DNA of 55,029 bases, counting the filler, from Stramenopiles sp. TOSAG23-2 (lineage: Eukaryota), in the NCBI GenBank assembly GCA_900128395.1. It is 5 parts of 5 records of this genome, joined end to end, with 100 filler letters (N's around TTAATTAATTAA, not from the genome) between each part and the next. Parts side by side here need not be neighbours in the genome. Positions count along the whole stretch, not along the records: positions 1 to 10,936 come from LT649975.1; 4 more parts are not named here. One strand, given 5' to 3'. Position 1 is the first letter of the stretch; the number at the start of each line of letters is the position of its first letter. The position numbers and the translations under genes were made by a program. The notes below the pieces were generated by a model that saw only the letters and a program-made list of their open reading frames with translations, had not been told where the DNA came from and searched no databases. Positions 1 through 10,719 of this stretch are shown here, piece by piece.

Positions 1-140
1 GAAAAATAATGGTGTGCCATTTGGAAGGAAACCAAGTAAATTATAAAAAAATTTATGCATACGAATCCTCGTATAATATAAAACATGGTATTTATATATT
101 GTATTTTAAACTCTCGAATTTTTAAATATTTTACATGTGC

Positions 141-1468
141 TCAACTTTCTAAACCCTTTTTAAAAGCATCAAGTCTACTAGTTTCCTCGCCTTTTGTCGG
201 TAACAACCAACCACCTTCAGTATTTTCATTCCATGCGTAGACGATTGCTGCCTCACTTGGTACGATAGATGGATTATTTTCAATGAACGATGATGCGGAT
301 TTAATTAAATTTGTTAATTCTTCTGGCTCCGGCCTTTTGTCGGTAACAACCAACCACCTTCAGTATTTTCATTCCATGCGTAGACGATTGCTGCCTCACT
401 TGGTACGATAGATGGATTATTTTCAATGAACGATGATGCGGATTTAATTAAATTTGTTAATTCTTCTGGCTCCGGGGCATTATAATGTTGTGCACTTTCA
501 TTTACCCATATAGGTGGATGATCTGCACGTGGTCTAGGATCCCATCCCATTGGAACATTTGGCACTAGTACATCATTATTATCTTTTGCCATATTCCAAA
601 AGTTCAACGCTGATGAATGCAGCTCGCTAAATGGTAAGCCTGCGATTGTTCCACCTGGTAAGGCATAGGAAGATATAGCATCAAAACCTAAATTATTCTT
701 TAATGTAACGGCCTGTTGATAATTTCCAACGCCAACACACATTGCAACAAAATACGGATTGCCTGAACCTTGTGCAATACTTTCTTGGCGAAATGCCTCC
801 CACTGTTTTCGCCATGCATCCCAACCACCATTCATTTTTGCCTCTTGCTCACTCGCTTGAAATAAAAATATGATTGGCCTAGATTCTCCATCAATGAAAA
901 CACGATGAAAAGCTGGATCTTTAATTGTTGGTAAATATCTTTTACGCATTACAGGCAAAGCAGGGCTTGCGCCAAGTAATACCATTGAAATATTTACCAA
1001 ATTTTTTAATGACGATTTCAAATGAAGTTTAAGTCCATATGCTGGATCTTCTGCTTTATAACCAAGACTGGATGGACCTAATCCACTTTTCGTTTTACCC
1101 CAATATCCATTACATTGGTCAATATCTTTATCTTTAGGCCAAATGCAATATGTATCATAAGCAAAAAAAGATATTCCAGCGTTGAAAGCATAATTTAATT
1201 CTAAATCCATTATAGATTGTTTATTTGCATTAAAAGTTAAATTACCGGACGATTCATTAATTTCAACATACCATGGTAATCGCCAATGGTATTTTTTCGG
1301 TCTCATAGTTAATGCAACAGTTTCAGAAATAACATCTTTTTGCAAGCCATTCCAACAATCCCACCTAATTATTCCAAAACTTTGCTTTGCATTAACTCCA
1401 GAAAGAAAGGAGAATTGATGTATTAAAAATATGCTAATAATAGTGAATATAAATATAATTGACTTCAT
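141..1468 (-). CDS. Secreted GH99-like/WbsX-family glycoside hydrolase-like protein; 3' end frameshifted by a 143-bp tandem duplication
   Basis: N-terminal hydrophobic signal peptide. Motifs VPNVPMGWDPRPR and YAWNENTEGGWLLP resemble the GWD..PR and AWNEW.EG..LEP motifs of GH99-like/WbsX proteins. Removing one repeat copy joins ORF 314..1468 to the end of ORF 141..353 (...LLPTKGEETSRLDAFKKGLES*). Confidence 0.65.
190..475. repeat. Perfect 143-bp tandem duplication (190-332, 333-475)
   Basis: Two adjacent identical copies, CCTTTTGTCGGTAAC...TTCTGGCTCCGG, read directly. Confidence 0.95.
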
Positions 1469-1880
1469 AACAACATTCCAAAAATAATATATATATATGT
1501 GTTTTTCTCTTACTCATATTATATATTTATATATAAAATTTTCTCTTACTCATATATTAATATATATATGTGTGTGTATACAATGAATATATAGTATATA
1601 GTCTGTTTGTAGAAATTAAACAACAACTGAAGAGTAGAATAAATCTAATTTTTTTAATAAGAGTGTCTTTTTATTGTGAATTATTATTTATAAATAGTAC
1701 CTGGTACCTGGTAAATATAATAATAAACATTACTATATTGTAAAATACCGAATTTCTACGTAAAATAAATAGCCCCTATCAAACGCTTTGCCCTAGTTTG
1801 TATTACGATTGCTGCAGATTTGCTCTCCGTACACACAAATTCTCTTTTTGCCCCCCTCATATTACCTATTCTATAATTAA

Positions 1881-2685
1881 CTACTTCTTTCTACTACCTC
1901 CTTTTCTTTTCGATCGAGAGGTACTTCCATTTCGCTTACTACCACTAGTAACTCTACGTCTTGATGTTGAATTGTTTCCGAAACGGTCATTATCACTCAT
2001 CCTACGTCGTATTGAACGTCCTTGGTTTTTGCTTCTACCCCTTCCATCTTGCTCAACTGGTGTGATACCACGAATTGATCCGACGGAAAGTGGCTTCAAA
2101 GGTGTCATTGGAAATTGTAAATCACTACCATCACCACCCCCATTAATTGTTGATGAACGTGATGCTGTTCTAATCAATCTTTCTAAACCATCTGCCATAA
2201 ATTTCGGTACCGATGTAAAATCACCATTAGATACGTCTTCTTGGCCTAGCGACATAGCCATACTGCCTCTTGTTGAATTTCCGCGTTTTTCTCCTACAAG
2301 TATACCATTCCAAACCCCGCGTTCAGTCATATTTATACGATCACGTTCAGCCATTGCCCACCGATATGTATGCTCTAACAAAGTTCGTCGCAATTGTGCA
2401 TCTTGCTTCGCCCTTTTCGTCTCTGCACGATTCCGCATATCATTAACAAATTGTTGTGCAGATTTTTTTCTCCTATTTCGTTCCATTTCTGCAACTCGAA
2501 TTGCTGATTTAGCAGCAGTTGCAACACGTACAGTTGGAGTAACAGCAACGCGTGGGGGTAGTGTTGAAGGCATAGGATTATCATTATACATATTAGTTTG
2601 TGCTAGTTCGATTTGTTCAGCTACATATTCTTTACTTTGGTACTGTTCTTCAATATTATTATTTTCTGCAGTGTCGTTGTGGTTC
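1881..2685 (-). CDS. C-terminal fragment of an unknown basic, low-complexity protein
   Basis: ORF 1881..2591 stays open upstream to about 2685 (TAENNNIEEQYQSKEYVAEQIELAQTNMYND...) and overlaps the ARM ORF in another frame. Arg/Ser/Lys-rich tail. Confidence 0.5.
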
Positions 2686-3377
2686 TAGCCCGTCGCCCTA
2701 ATTGTATTAAAGCTTCAGCAACTCCTTCATTTACCAACATCGTATGGTTACTTTCATTTGTTGCCAAATTGTGAAATGCAATGGCCACTAATTCTTGTGT
2801 CAAATGATCGTTTGATAATGAAGATTGAATCAAACATGCTATTCCACCTTCCCGAACAATCCTACGGATATCCCCACTATATGTCATTCCACAAAACGCT
2901 AGTGCAATATCTTTCCTGATAATTTCTACTTGTTGAAACATTCTTTTGTTGTCTTTAACATGATCGTAATATACCTTCGTCATCGCTTGTAAAACGGCAA
3001 CTCCACCAAAATTTACTAGATCAGCACATGGTGCGCCAACTCCACAAGATAGTCGGCATATAGTTCGTATGATAATTAATGCAATAGTACATAACTTCTC
3101 ATCCGGATCTTTAAACAGAAACGTTGCTTCACCCGGCTTTTTTGGATTTTGACTGTAACCTTGTTCCTGCATAATTTTATCATAATCCAATCCAACAGCT
3201 GTTGCTAATGCTTCAATAGCACCTTGTTTTGCCATTGATCGAAGATTTAATATGTCACGTGCAAATAATTCCATAGATCTGCAACATAATTCACGAATAT
3301 CTTGCTCTACCACGGGTTCTGACAGAACACTATGTAAAAGCTCCATGGCGCCATCTCGTATAATAGAAGGGAATATC
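2621..3377 (-). CDS. Armadillo-repeat protein, internal fragment (Vac8-like repeats)
   Basis: ARM-type units: IIRDGAMELL, MAKQGAIEAL, LVNFGGVAVL, IVREGGIACLI, LVNEGVAEALIQL, ELVAIAFHNLA. Both ends appear truncated. Confidence 0.7.
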
Positions 3378-3522
3378 TAGATCGTTTCCAAAAATCGGAG
3401 GATGTTATTATACCATCATGCAATCAAGGATATCGTTTAAGAATGCTTATGGGTGCAACAGTGAATAAAGCTAGAAAAATTCCTGCATTTCAACCTAATG
3501 ATTGGAATTATTGAAAAACATA

Positions 3523-5628
3523 ATGTCAACAAAAGCACCATCGAAACCATCTACTCCAAATAAAAGTCTCCCGTCAAAACCATCTACACCAAGTAAAAGT
3601 CTTCCATCAAAACCATCTACTCCTAGTACAAGTAATACAAGTAAAAAAAAGGATAAAGGTGGGATAGGAGTTGCTAGAAAAATTCGTGGTAGTGGATACC
3701 CAACGGATGAACAACTCGACCGCTTTAGACGTAGGATACGTGTAGAGCTAGTAAAGGATCGAAAAGATGAGTTTGGTAGAAATTATTGGAGCAAAATGGA
3801 TGAGACAAAAAGAATTTTTGGTGTTTCTGGTAATCACAATTTACACGTACGTGCATTTTTAAGAATTAGACCTTTATTACTTCATGAAGAAGAGGAAGAA
3901 GGTGGAGAAGGTCCAATCCCGCATTTTGAGGAAGATGGACTAAAAGTTTTTTATCCAAATGTTACCGCTTCAACAGAAGGTAAATATACCATTTTTAACG
4001 CATTTTCAGTATTTGGTGACTACGTCGATCAACCAACTTTATTTGACAATTTCATGCCTCCATCCTTACGATATTATTTATCTGGCGGAAATGCTGCATT
4101 TGTATCATATGGTGCAAGTGACTCTGGTTTAAATCATACATTATTTGGGCCTGATTTTTGGGATTATTTAGAAGCAATATACGTACCTCCAGGCAGTAAA
4201 AATAATTCAAAATTTTTGGACAACATGAACAGAGATGAAATGATGTTGGATGATGGATCATCTAATTTGGATGTTTTATTTGAAAATAATCAATTAAACT
4301 TAGATAATGTAAATATAAATAATATAAGTAGACCTCAATCACGTGGTAATAACATTTCCAGCAGACCACAGTCACGTGGCAATAACATTTCTAGTAGACC
4401 ACAGTCACGAGGTACGATGTCAACCAGACCGCAATCTCGTGCATCTGAAGTCAGTAGTGTTCCATCGTCGTTGTTCACAACATATCCTGGTGATAAAAGG
4501 GCTGTGCAAAATAAGAAATTAAATGAAGAAATACCTGATTGTTCCGAGTTTGATGGGATATTTCCACGCGCTATTAGCTATATCTTTAAAGAAGTTAGTC
4601 ACCGAGAAACAAAAAATTATAAATCTTTCTTAAATGAATGTTATCGTGGATATTTAGCACGCGATACATTGGAAATGGAAGGATTAACAACAATATATTT
4701 AATTCAATGTAAAATTACTGGAGTTAGCGATAGATGGGATGTACGTGGTGATCGATTGTCTGAAGGTGAAGAGAAGACTGGTAAATATTATTTCGTGGAA
4801 TGCTGTCACACGGATCAAACTGCATCGAGCGGAGGACATAGTAATCAATCTGCGTTGTTAGAGTGTTTAGCAAAAGCCAGATTAAATGCTTTTCCAACTG
4901 GGAAAGCTAAGCGATCATTACCAATTCGCAATTCCCCTTTGACACAGGTTTTATCTTCAGCATTAAAGCCTGGACAAATGATGACATTTGTAGCAAATAT
5001 GTCAATTGCTCAAAAGCATTATGATGAATCATATCAAACATGCCATGATGTTGATTATATTCATATGGCTAATCGCAATACCAATCTGTTAGAAGGTAAA
5101 TCCAGCGTGATGTCTACAAAAAGTACGAAGATGAAGAAAAAAAAACGTAAGAAGAAAGTTAAGAAAAAGATGGTACGTAAAAAAAAGGATATTGATGAAG
5201 GCAAAAAAGTAGAAGAAATTGACGAGGACCCCTCATATATTAACCCGAATGATTATGGTAGGAAACATGTTAAGATAACAAATAATGTAGAATATGAAAA
5301 ACTTAATTGGGAACCAACTTCCGAAGTTTCAAAACATGATGTAATGCCACCAGTGCTTGCAAAGCCTTCAAGATTATCAGAAATGTTAGCATCTTCATCG
5401 TTATTATCACCATCGAAAAGAAGATCATCCATTCGGAAAAAAAATATATCCTCTCCATCATCAAATCAAATGTTTATATCTTCAAATATAATAAATTCAA
5501 AACATATCGTATATCCTGAGGATTATAATTATGAAAAAACAAATACATCGAAAAATACAACTGGTGAAGATGTTGAAGAAGGTGACAAAAAGGATGACGC
5601 TACTAATAAATATGTCGTTGCGATGTAA
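3523..5628 (+). CDS. Divergent kinesin-like protein with degenerate nucleotide-binding motifs
   Basis: Kinesin motor motifs in the expected order: VRAFLRIRPL, FSVFG..DQPTLFD, GGNAAFVSYGASDSGLNHTLFG (P-loop position), GIFPRAISYIF, PIRNSPLTQVLSSAL, MTFVANMS, ESYQT. First ATG is at 3523. Confidence 0.75.
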   Translation: MSTKAPSKPSTPNKSLPSKPSTPSKSLPSKPSTPSTSNTSKKKDKGGIGVARKIRGSGYPTDEQLDRFRRRIRVELVKDRKDEFGRNYWSKMDETKRIFGVSGNHNLHVRAFLRIRPLLLHEEEEEGGEGPIPHFEEDGLKVFYPNVTASTEGKYTIFNAFSVFGDYVDQPTLFDNFMPPSLRYYLSGGNAAFVSYGASDSGLNHTLFGPDFWDYLEAIYVPPGSKNNSKFLDNMNRDEMMLDDGSSNLDVLFENNQLNLDNVNINNISRPQSRGNNISSRPQSRGNNISSRPQSRGTMSTRPQSRASEVSSVPSSLFTTYPGDKRAVQNKKLNEEIPDCSEFDGIFPRAISYIFKEVSHRETKNYKSFLNECYRGYLARDTLEMEGLTTIYLIQCKITGVSDRWDVRGDRLSEGEEKTGKYYFVECCHTDQTASSGGHSNQSALLECLAKARLNAFPTGKAKRSLPIRNSPLTQVLSSALKPGQMMTFVANMSIAQKHYDESYQTCHDVDYIHMANRNTNLLEGKSSVMSTKSTKMKKKKRKKKVKKKMVRKKKDIDEGKKVEEIDEDPSYINPNDYGRKHVKITNNVEYEKLNWEPTSEVSKHDVMPPVLAKPSRLSEMLASSSLLSPSKRRSSIRKKNISSPSSNQMFISSNIINSKHIVYPEDYNYEKTNTSKNTTGEDVEEGDKKDDATNKYVVAM

Positions 5629-5696
5629 ATTTTATTAATATATAATATAAAAAAATTATATTCGTATCATATATACGTAAACAAAATTTACCCTTT

Positions 5697-8600
5697 TTAA
5701 TGCTCACGATTACCATAATGGAAATCATCTAATCCAATTCCCATTGCTAGTAATTCATCTGGAACCCCACCATCACCTACATCATGAACTGCAGCATTAG
5801 CATGTTTGTCTAATAATTTTTCTTCATGATGTTTTTCCTTATGTTTCCTACGCTTTCCACTCTTTTTATGATGTGAATCTTTATGGCCTTTCTTCTTCGA
5901 CCGCATTTTACCATATCTCTTATGTTGCATTCGCACTGCATGTTTTCCAACATTATTTCCCATGAATTTAGCCTTTGCAAATCCTTTTTTCATTCTACCT
6001 AGTAAACCCTTTCTTTCTCCGGCCAGTGCACCTAAACGATCTAGTTCTTTTTGTATCAATCCTCGTACAGTCTCGTTAGTTGCCAATTGGACAGGAGTAT
6101 GCCCTTTATTATTCACTGCTGTCAATAAATGTCGTGATGTACCTTTTGCCACTTCATCGCTTGTCCGTATTAGCGATTTTAATAATGTTCCCCATCCTCT
6201 CCTAGCCGCCCAATGAATTGCTGTATCTCCTTGCGCATCTTTGAAGCGTACATTTGCACCATGTTTAATTAAAACTTCACATGCCTCCCGTTTTCCAGCC
6301 CTTGCAGCTTCAATAAGAGGAGTTGTATTGGATACGGATGTATCAATAGCATTTACATCCGCACCAAGAACGGTTAAAAATTCAATTACACGTATATTTC
6401 CCCACCAACTAGCCATGTGTAACAATGTACGACCCCATTCATCCTTATGATGACATCGTGACATTTTGCCTTCTAAAAGCTTTTTACTTCCATGTACTAA
6501 GAAAAATGCACGTACCATCTCTACATTACCAGCTTTACAAGCATCCCACACATCTCCATTATATTGTTTTAATCGCTCAGTAGCTTCTTTTCGTGCTTGA
6601 ATTTCCTCTTCCGTATCATCATCATCAGCATCTACTGCTGCTCTTGCTTTTTCACGTAGTCGCTTTCTTCTTTTTTCCTCTTTTTCTTTTAATCTTTTCC
6701 TTTCCGCATCACGTTTTTTTGCATCCTCAAATCGTTGCAACTCGATTTCTTGCTGACGTTTGACTTCCTCCTCCTGCTCTCTAATTTTTCTTTCCTCTTC
6801 TAATTTTTTTTGTAATGCCTCTTCTTTTGCTTTCATTTCAGCTTCCATCTGCGCTTGTTTTTTCTCCATTTCCTCGCGTTCTGCAGCTTCTTTTTCCCTA
6901 CGTTCTTCCAATTCAATTTCACGTCTTATCTCTGCTTCTTCCAATTCTTCAGGTGTTGCAAATTCATCAGCATTGAATCCTCCAGCCCATGCCTCTAAGT
7001 CTTTATGTGCTTCCTCTTGTGCCTTACGCATTGCCTCCATCTCTGCTTTCATTTTTTCCCTTTCTTCTTGTAAAAGTGCCTGTTTTCTCTCCGCTTCTTT
7101 CCCTGCAGCTATTTCAGCAGCAATACGTTCTTTGTCAAGTTGCTGCAACGCCTTCCTTTTTTCCTCCTCTTGTTTCTTCTTACGTTCATTTTCTCTACGC
7201 TCCTCCTCAATTTTTTTCCTCTGATTCACCTCTAATTCTAATTTTGCATTAGATTCAGCACGTGTGCGCTTACTTATTTCGTCACTAGCAATTTTCTCAG
7301 CGTTAACAACAGTTTCTTCTAAATCTGAAACTTTTTGAATGAATTTTTTTACCATATTCGGTTTTAAATCTTGTTCCCGTGTTGGTAATCTATCATATTT
7401 TTCTTGTGCGTTTATTAAAATATCAGCTGCTGTGCCTAGACACTTTTCGAGTTCCGCTACTTCCGGAAAAAGAAAACCATTTAAATTAGTATCAACGACT
7501 CCACCGGTAAACTCCATGACTTTAATTGCTTTAATACGCAACGTTAATGCAGTTAATTTTTTCATATATTCATCACGTTGTTTGGCTAATTGACCTGCTT
7601 CTGCATTTTTTTTTGCCAACATCTCACGAGCTTGACGTAATGCCTCCGCTTCTTCATATGTTTCTGTCATTTTCTGGGCTTTTTGTGCGCTAATATAAGC
7701 TTTGACTTTATACGGATCGTTGACATTAAAAATATCAGTCTCTCTTCCACGTGAAAGTAAATCCATCACTTGGTTATAATCAATAATTGTCCATGCATCC
7801 GCTGGATTTCCAGATGCTTGCTCAACTTTTGCAAGAAACGTATCTAATCCTTTCTTTACTTCACGTAATTCTCCCTCGATTTTCCATGCCTCCTCTTCTG
7901 ATATTTGGGCTTCTAATTCTGCTTCTAAATCATGGACATGGCCATGGACATTATATGTCTCTTTTCCTATTAAACCTTTTCCTGATTTTTTAGCGCTTTT
8001 CCACAATTCATCTACAAATTTAGTATATGTAAATTCTTGTTTTGTTCCATTTGGATTTGCTAAATTTACAAATTTTTCCAATTCTGATTTATTCATACCA
8101 CCTAGATTTTTCAAGACAGGTTGGATTTCTTTAATTGATAAGGAGCTACTATGATCACTATCTAATGAATAAAATGCATTCATAATGTCCTTTTTGGTTA
8201 TTCCATTTGTTTCTCTACGTATGATACGGGTAATTACTTTCGCTGCATCTTGGGATACGTGGGGTGGTGATGGGAAAGATTTTCCAGAGCGCATATTGTA
8301 ATAAGAGCAACGGGTGCCACCAAATATAATCCACTCATCGGCTGCAGATGTACGCAACGCATCCGCTGATCTATTATTCCTTGCTCGTTTGATATGATCC
8401 ATGATCTCTTTAGCAAGTGGATGGTCATATGTATTTTCATGCGTTGATTCGTGAAAATAATATGGATATCCTTGTTCATCGTGGTATATAACCCATCCAC
8501 TTGGTAACTCATCGCCATGTACTCTGTCAAGAAACTCCAAAACATGACGTATTAAATGACACTCACTTTTAGTTGGATCATTACCACCAATACGAACTCC

Positions 8601-9218
8601 AAGATACTTTGCAAGTTCAATAAACGATTCAGGTGTGTAAACAGCATCTTCTGCGTCTTTATTAGCTTTTTTACTTCCAGCATTTGCGACTACGACACTT
8701 TTCTCAGCTATCCGTCTAAAATCAGATAAGTGACCTTTCGATTTTTTAAAATCTTCTGCGTGACTTATTGACCCTCTACGCACTACTCCTCGATCTGCTA
8801 ATGCTGGTTTTGATTTTAATTTCTTTTGCTCCTTTGCGGCGCGTACTTTGGACCGAGACGCCATTCCTACGACACTACGGCCTTCTGCTTCATCTTGTTT
8901 GCGTTGTTTTTCATATTGCGATTTGAAATATTTAAGAGTTGGTGATTCCCACGTTGCCTCGTTTGTTTTATTATTTACATAATACCAAGCACTATGACTA
9001 TTATCCCAACATTGCTCCCAGTTTGGTGGCAAAGCAGCGGTTAAATATTCCTCTGCGAGCCACATATATTGAGGTTCAAAAAATACATCTATTCCTAACT
9101 CGTTTCCAGCAGCTTGTACTTCATACAAACTTGCCGGTCTTCTACCAAATGCAATTGGTGCATGTCGTTCTTCCACATCAACAAAACCTAATTGCGATAC
9201 AGATCTTTTATATGCCAT
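5697..9218 (-). CDS. WW-domain / EF-hand / coiled-coil / ankyrin-repeat protein with CEP164-like N-terminal modules
   Basis: WW: LPPNWEQCWD..AWYYVNNKTNEATWESP and LPSGWVIYHDEQGYPYYFHESTHENTYDHP. EF-hand-like: AFYSLDSDHSSSLSIKEI. Long E/K/R-rich coiled coil. Ankyrins: GRTLLHMASWWG, TTPLIEAARAG, GDTAIHWAARRG, GHTPVQLA. Confidence 0.85.
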   Translation of the reverse strand: MAYKRSVSQLGFVDVEERHAPIAFGRRPASLYEVQAAGNELGIDVFFEPQYMWLAEEYLTAALPPNWEQCWDNSHSAWYYVNNKTNEATWESPTLKYFKSQYEKQRKQDEAEGRSVVGMASRSKVRAAKEQKKLKSKPALADRGVVRRGSISHAEDFKKSKGHLSDFRRIAEKSVVVANAGSKKANKDAEDAVYTPESFIELAKYLGVRIGGNDPTKSECHLIRHVLEFLDRVHGDELPSGWVIYHDEQGYPYYFHESTHENTYDHPLAKEIMDHIKRARNNRSADALRTSAADEWIIFGGTRCSYYNMRSGKSFPSPPHVSQDAAKVITRIIRRETNGITKKDIMNAFYSLDSDHSSSLSIKEIQPVLKNLGGMNKSELEKFVNLANPNGTKQEFTYTKFVDELWKSAKKSGKGLIGKETYNVHGHVHDLEAELEAQISEEEAWKIEGELREVKKGLDTFLAKVEQASGNPADAWTIIDYNQVMDLLSRGRETDIFNVNDPYKVKAYISAQKAQKMTETYEEAEALRQAREMLAKKNAEAGQLAKQRDEYMKKLTALTLRIKAIKVMEFTGGVVDTNLNGFLFPEVAELEKCLGTAADILINAQEKYDRLPTREQDLKPNMVKKFIQKVSDLEETVVNAEKIASDEISKRTRAESNAKLELEVNQRKKIEEERRENERKKKQEEEKRKALQQLDKERIAAEIAAGKEAERKQALLQEEREKMKAEMEAMRKAQEEAHKDLEAWAGGFNADEFATPEELEEAEIRREIELEERREKEAAEREEMEKKQAQMEAEMKAKEEALQKKLEEERKIREQEEEVKRQQEIELQRFEDAKKRDAERKRLKEKEEKRRKRLREKARAAVDADDDDTEEEIQARKEATERLKQYNGDVWDACKAGNVEMVRAFFLVHGSKKLLEGKMSRCHHKDEWGRTLLHMASWWGNIRVIEFLTVLGADVNAIDTSVSNTTPLIEAARAGKREACEVLIKHGANVRFKDAQGDTAIHWAARRGWGTLLKSLIRTSDEVAKGTSRHLLTAVNNKGHTPVQLATNETVRGLIQKELDRLGALAGERKGLLGRMKKGFAKAKFMGNNVGKHAVRMQHKRYGKMRSKKKGHKDSHHKKSGKRRKHKEKHHEEKLLDKHANAAVHDVGDGGVPDELLAMGIGLDDFHYGNREH

Positions 9219-9933
9219 AATTTTTTTTGCTATTAATATATACTGTACTATTAATATTAATATTCTTTAATTCGCTATAATTAATTTATATATATATATA
9301 TATATATAGACAGACTCTTCTCTAGGTGTGTATATATATAATTTAAATCTTTATATATGTGTGTACGTATGTACACAAAAGATGGAACAATACTATATAT
9401 TTCGTCGTAGAAAATAAACTAATAAATACTTCGTTTCCTTTTGTATCCATTGTCCAATAGCAATATAATATATATTTTTTATTATTGTTTTTTTTTTATA
9501 CATTTATAAATAGATTTTTTTGTCAACGGCTTTTAAGAAGTGTTGTGGCTCATCGGCTCATCTCCCAGATCTCTTTTTTTTATGATGACTCGATCGAGTA
9601 TAGCTAGGAGCTACCACTGACTGGTGGTAGAGCTATTAATACTGATGTAGCTCTAGCTAGCTCTAATAGACTACCAAGTAATAGAAAATAGAAGATATTA
9701 TATTTTTTATAAACCAAACAAGACGAGAAAGGAATAAAGAATATGGTATAATATCTTGTTCTGTATATATTTTTCTCGAAAGCATATATCGATATATGTA
9801 TATATATATATCAATATATTGTTACCGCTCTCTCACTCTGTTTCTCTCTTCCTTCGTACTTTTCTTCTCTTATTTATATCTATCCATCTGTCTCTCGTTG
9901 GTTTTGTTTTGTATTTCACGTACATATAAACAG

Positions 9934-10719
9934 ATGTCGTCACTTGTATCCGGGAAAACGACGGTTGTAAAATATCAAAAACTAGAGATCATTTGTAATC
10001 AAGGCACTATCACATCATATAGAGATGGAAAATCTAGTTTAGACGACACAGTAGTAACTCAGGAAATTTTTAAAGATGCAAAAAAAGCTGATCGTGCAAG
10101 TGATGCTGATATAATGAAAGTGTTTCAACATAAAGATATGTCAAAAGCTTTAGATGAAATTATTAAAAAAGGTGATTTCCAATTATCAACAGCAGAGAGG
10201 AAAAAAAAGGTCGAAGAAATGAGGAAACAAATAGTGTATTACTTCCATAAAAACTATATGGATCCAAAGTCGAAATTGCCGCATCCTGTTACACGAATTG
10301 AAGCTGCTTTGAGTGATATTAAAGGATTACGGATCCATCCTGATGAACCAGTAGAACAACAAGCAAAAAACATTATGAAACAGTTAAGAGATATCATACC
10401 AATGAAATCTAATGCATTGGAAGGGACAATAGTAGTACCACATGCATTTTTAGGTCAATCACAAGGTATTATTCATAGCACGTGCAAAGTAACAAAGGAG
10501 GAATATACTGCTGTTGGTTGTAAAATGCGAGTTGCATTTGTTGCATCAGACCTTGAAAAATTATTAACTGATTTAAATCGCGTAGGGAAAGGTGAGATTA
10601 GTTTTGAGATTGATGGTGCTGGTATTGGCCAACAAGATGCAACAAATGAAGCAACTACTGCGAGAAAAGGTAAAAAGAAAGGAAAAGGTGGTAAAAAGAA
10701 AGGCAAAAAGAAGGGTTAA
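9934..10719 (+). CDS. SBDS: SBDS/Sdo1-family ribosome maturation factor
   Basis: EIFKDAKKADRAS, EIIKKGDFQLSTAERK, DPKSKLPHPVTRIEAAL, EQQAKNIMKQLRDIIPM and a C-terminal ferredoxin-like domain. The ORF-track extension 9796-9933 is AT/CT-repeat non-coding-like sequence. Confidence 0.9.
   Translation: MSSLVSGKTTVVKYQKLEIICNQGTITSYRDGKSSLDDTVVTQEIFKDAKKADRASDADIMKVFQHKDMSKALDEIIKKGDFQLSTAERKKKVEEMRKQIVYYFHKNYMDPKSKLPHPVTRIEAALSDIKGLRIHPDEPVEQQAKNIMKQLRDIIPMKSNALEGTIVVPHAFLGQSQGIIHSTCKVTKEEYTAVGCKMRVAFVASDLEKLLTDLNRVGKGEISFEIDGAGIGQQDATNEATTARKGKKKGKGGKKKGKKKG

Noticed and set aside
9796-9933. Hydrophobic N-terminal extension on SBDS
   Set aside because: It derives from TA/CT microsatellite-like UTR or intron sequence. 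Family similarity starts after the ATG at 9934.
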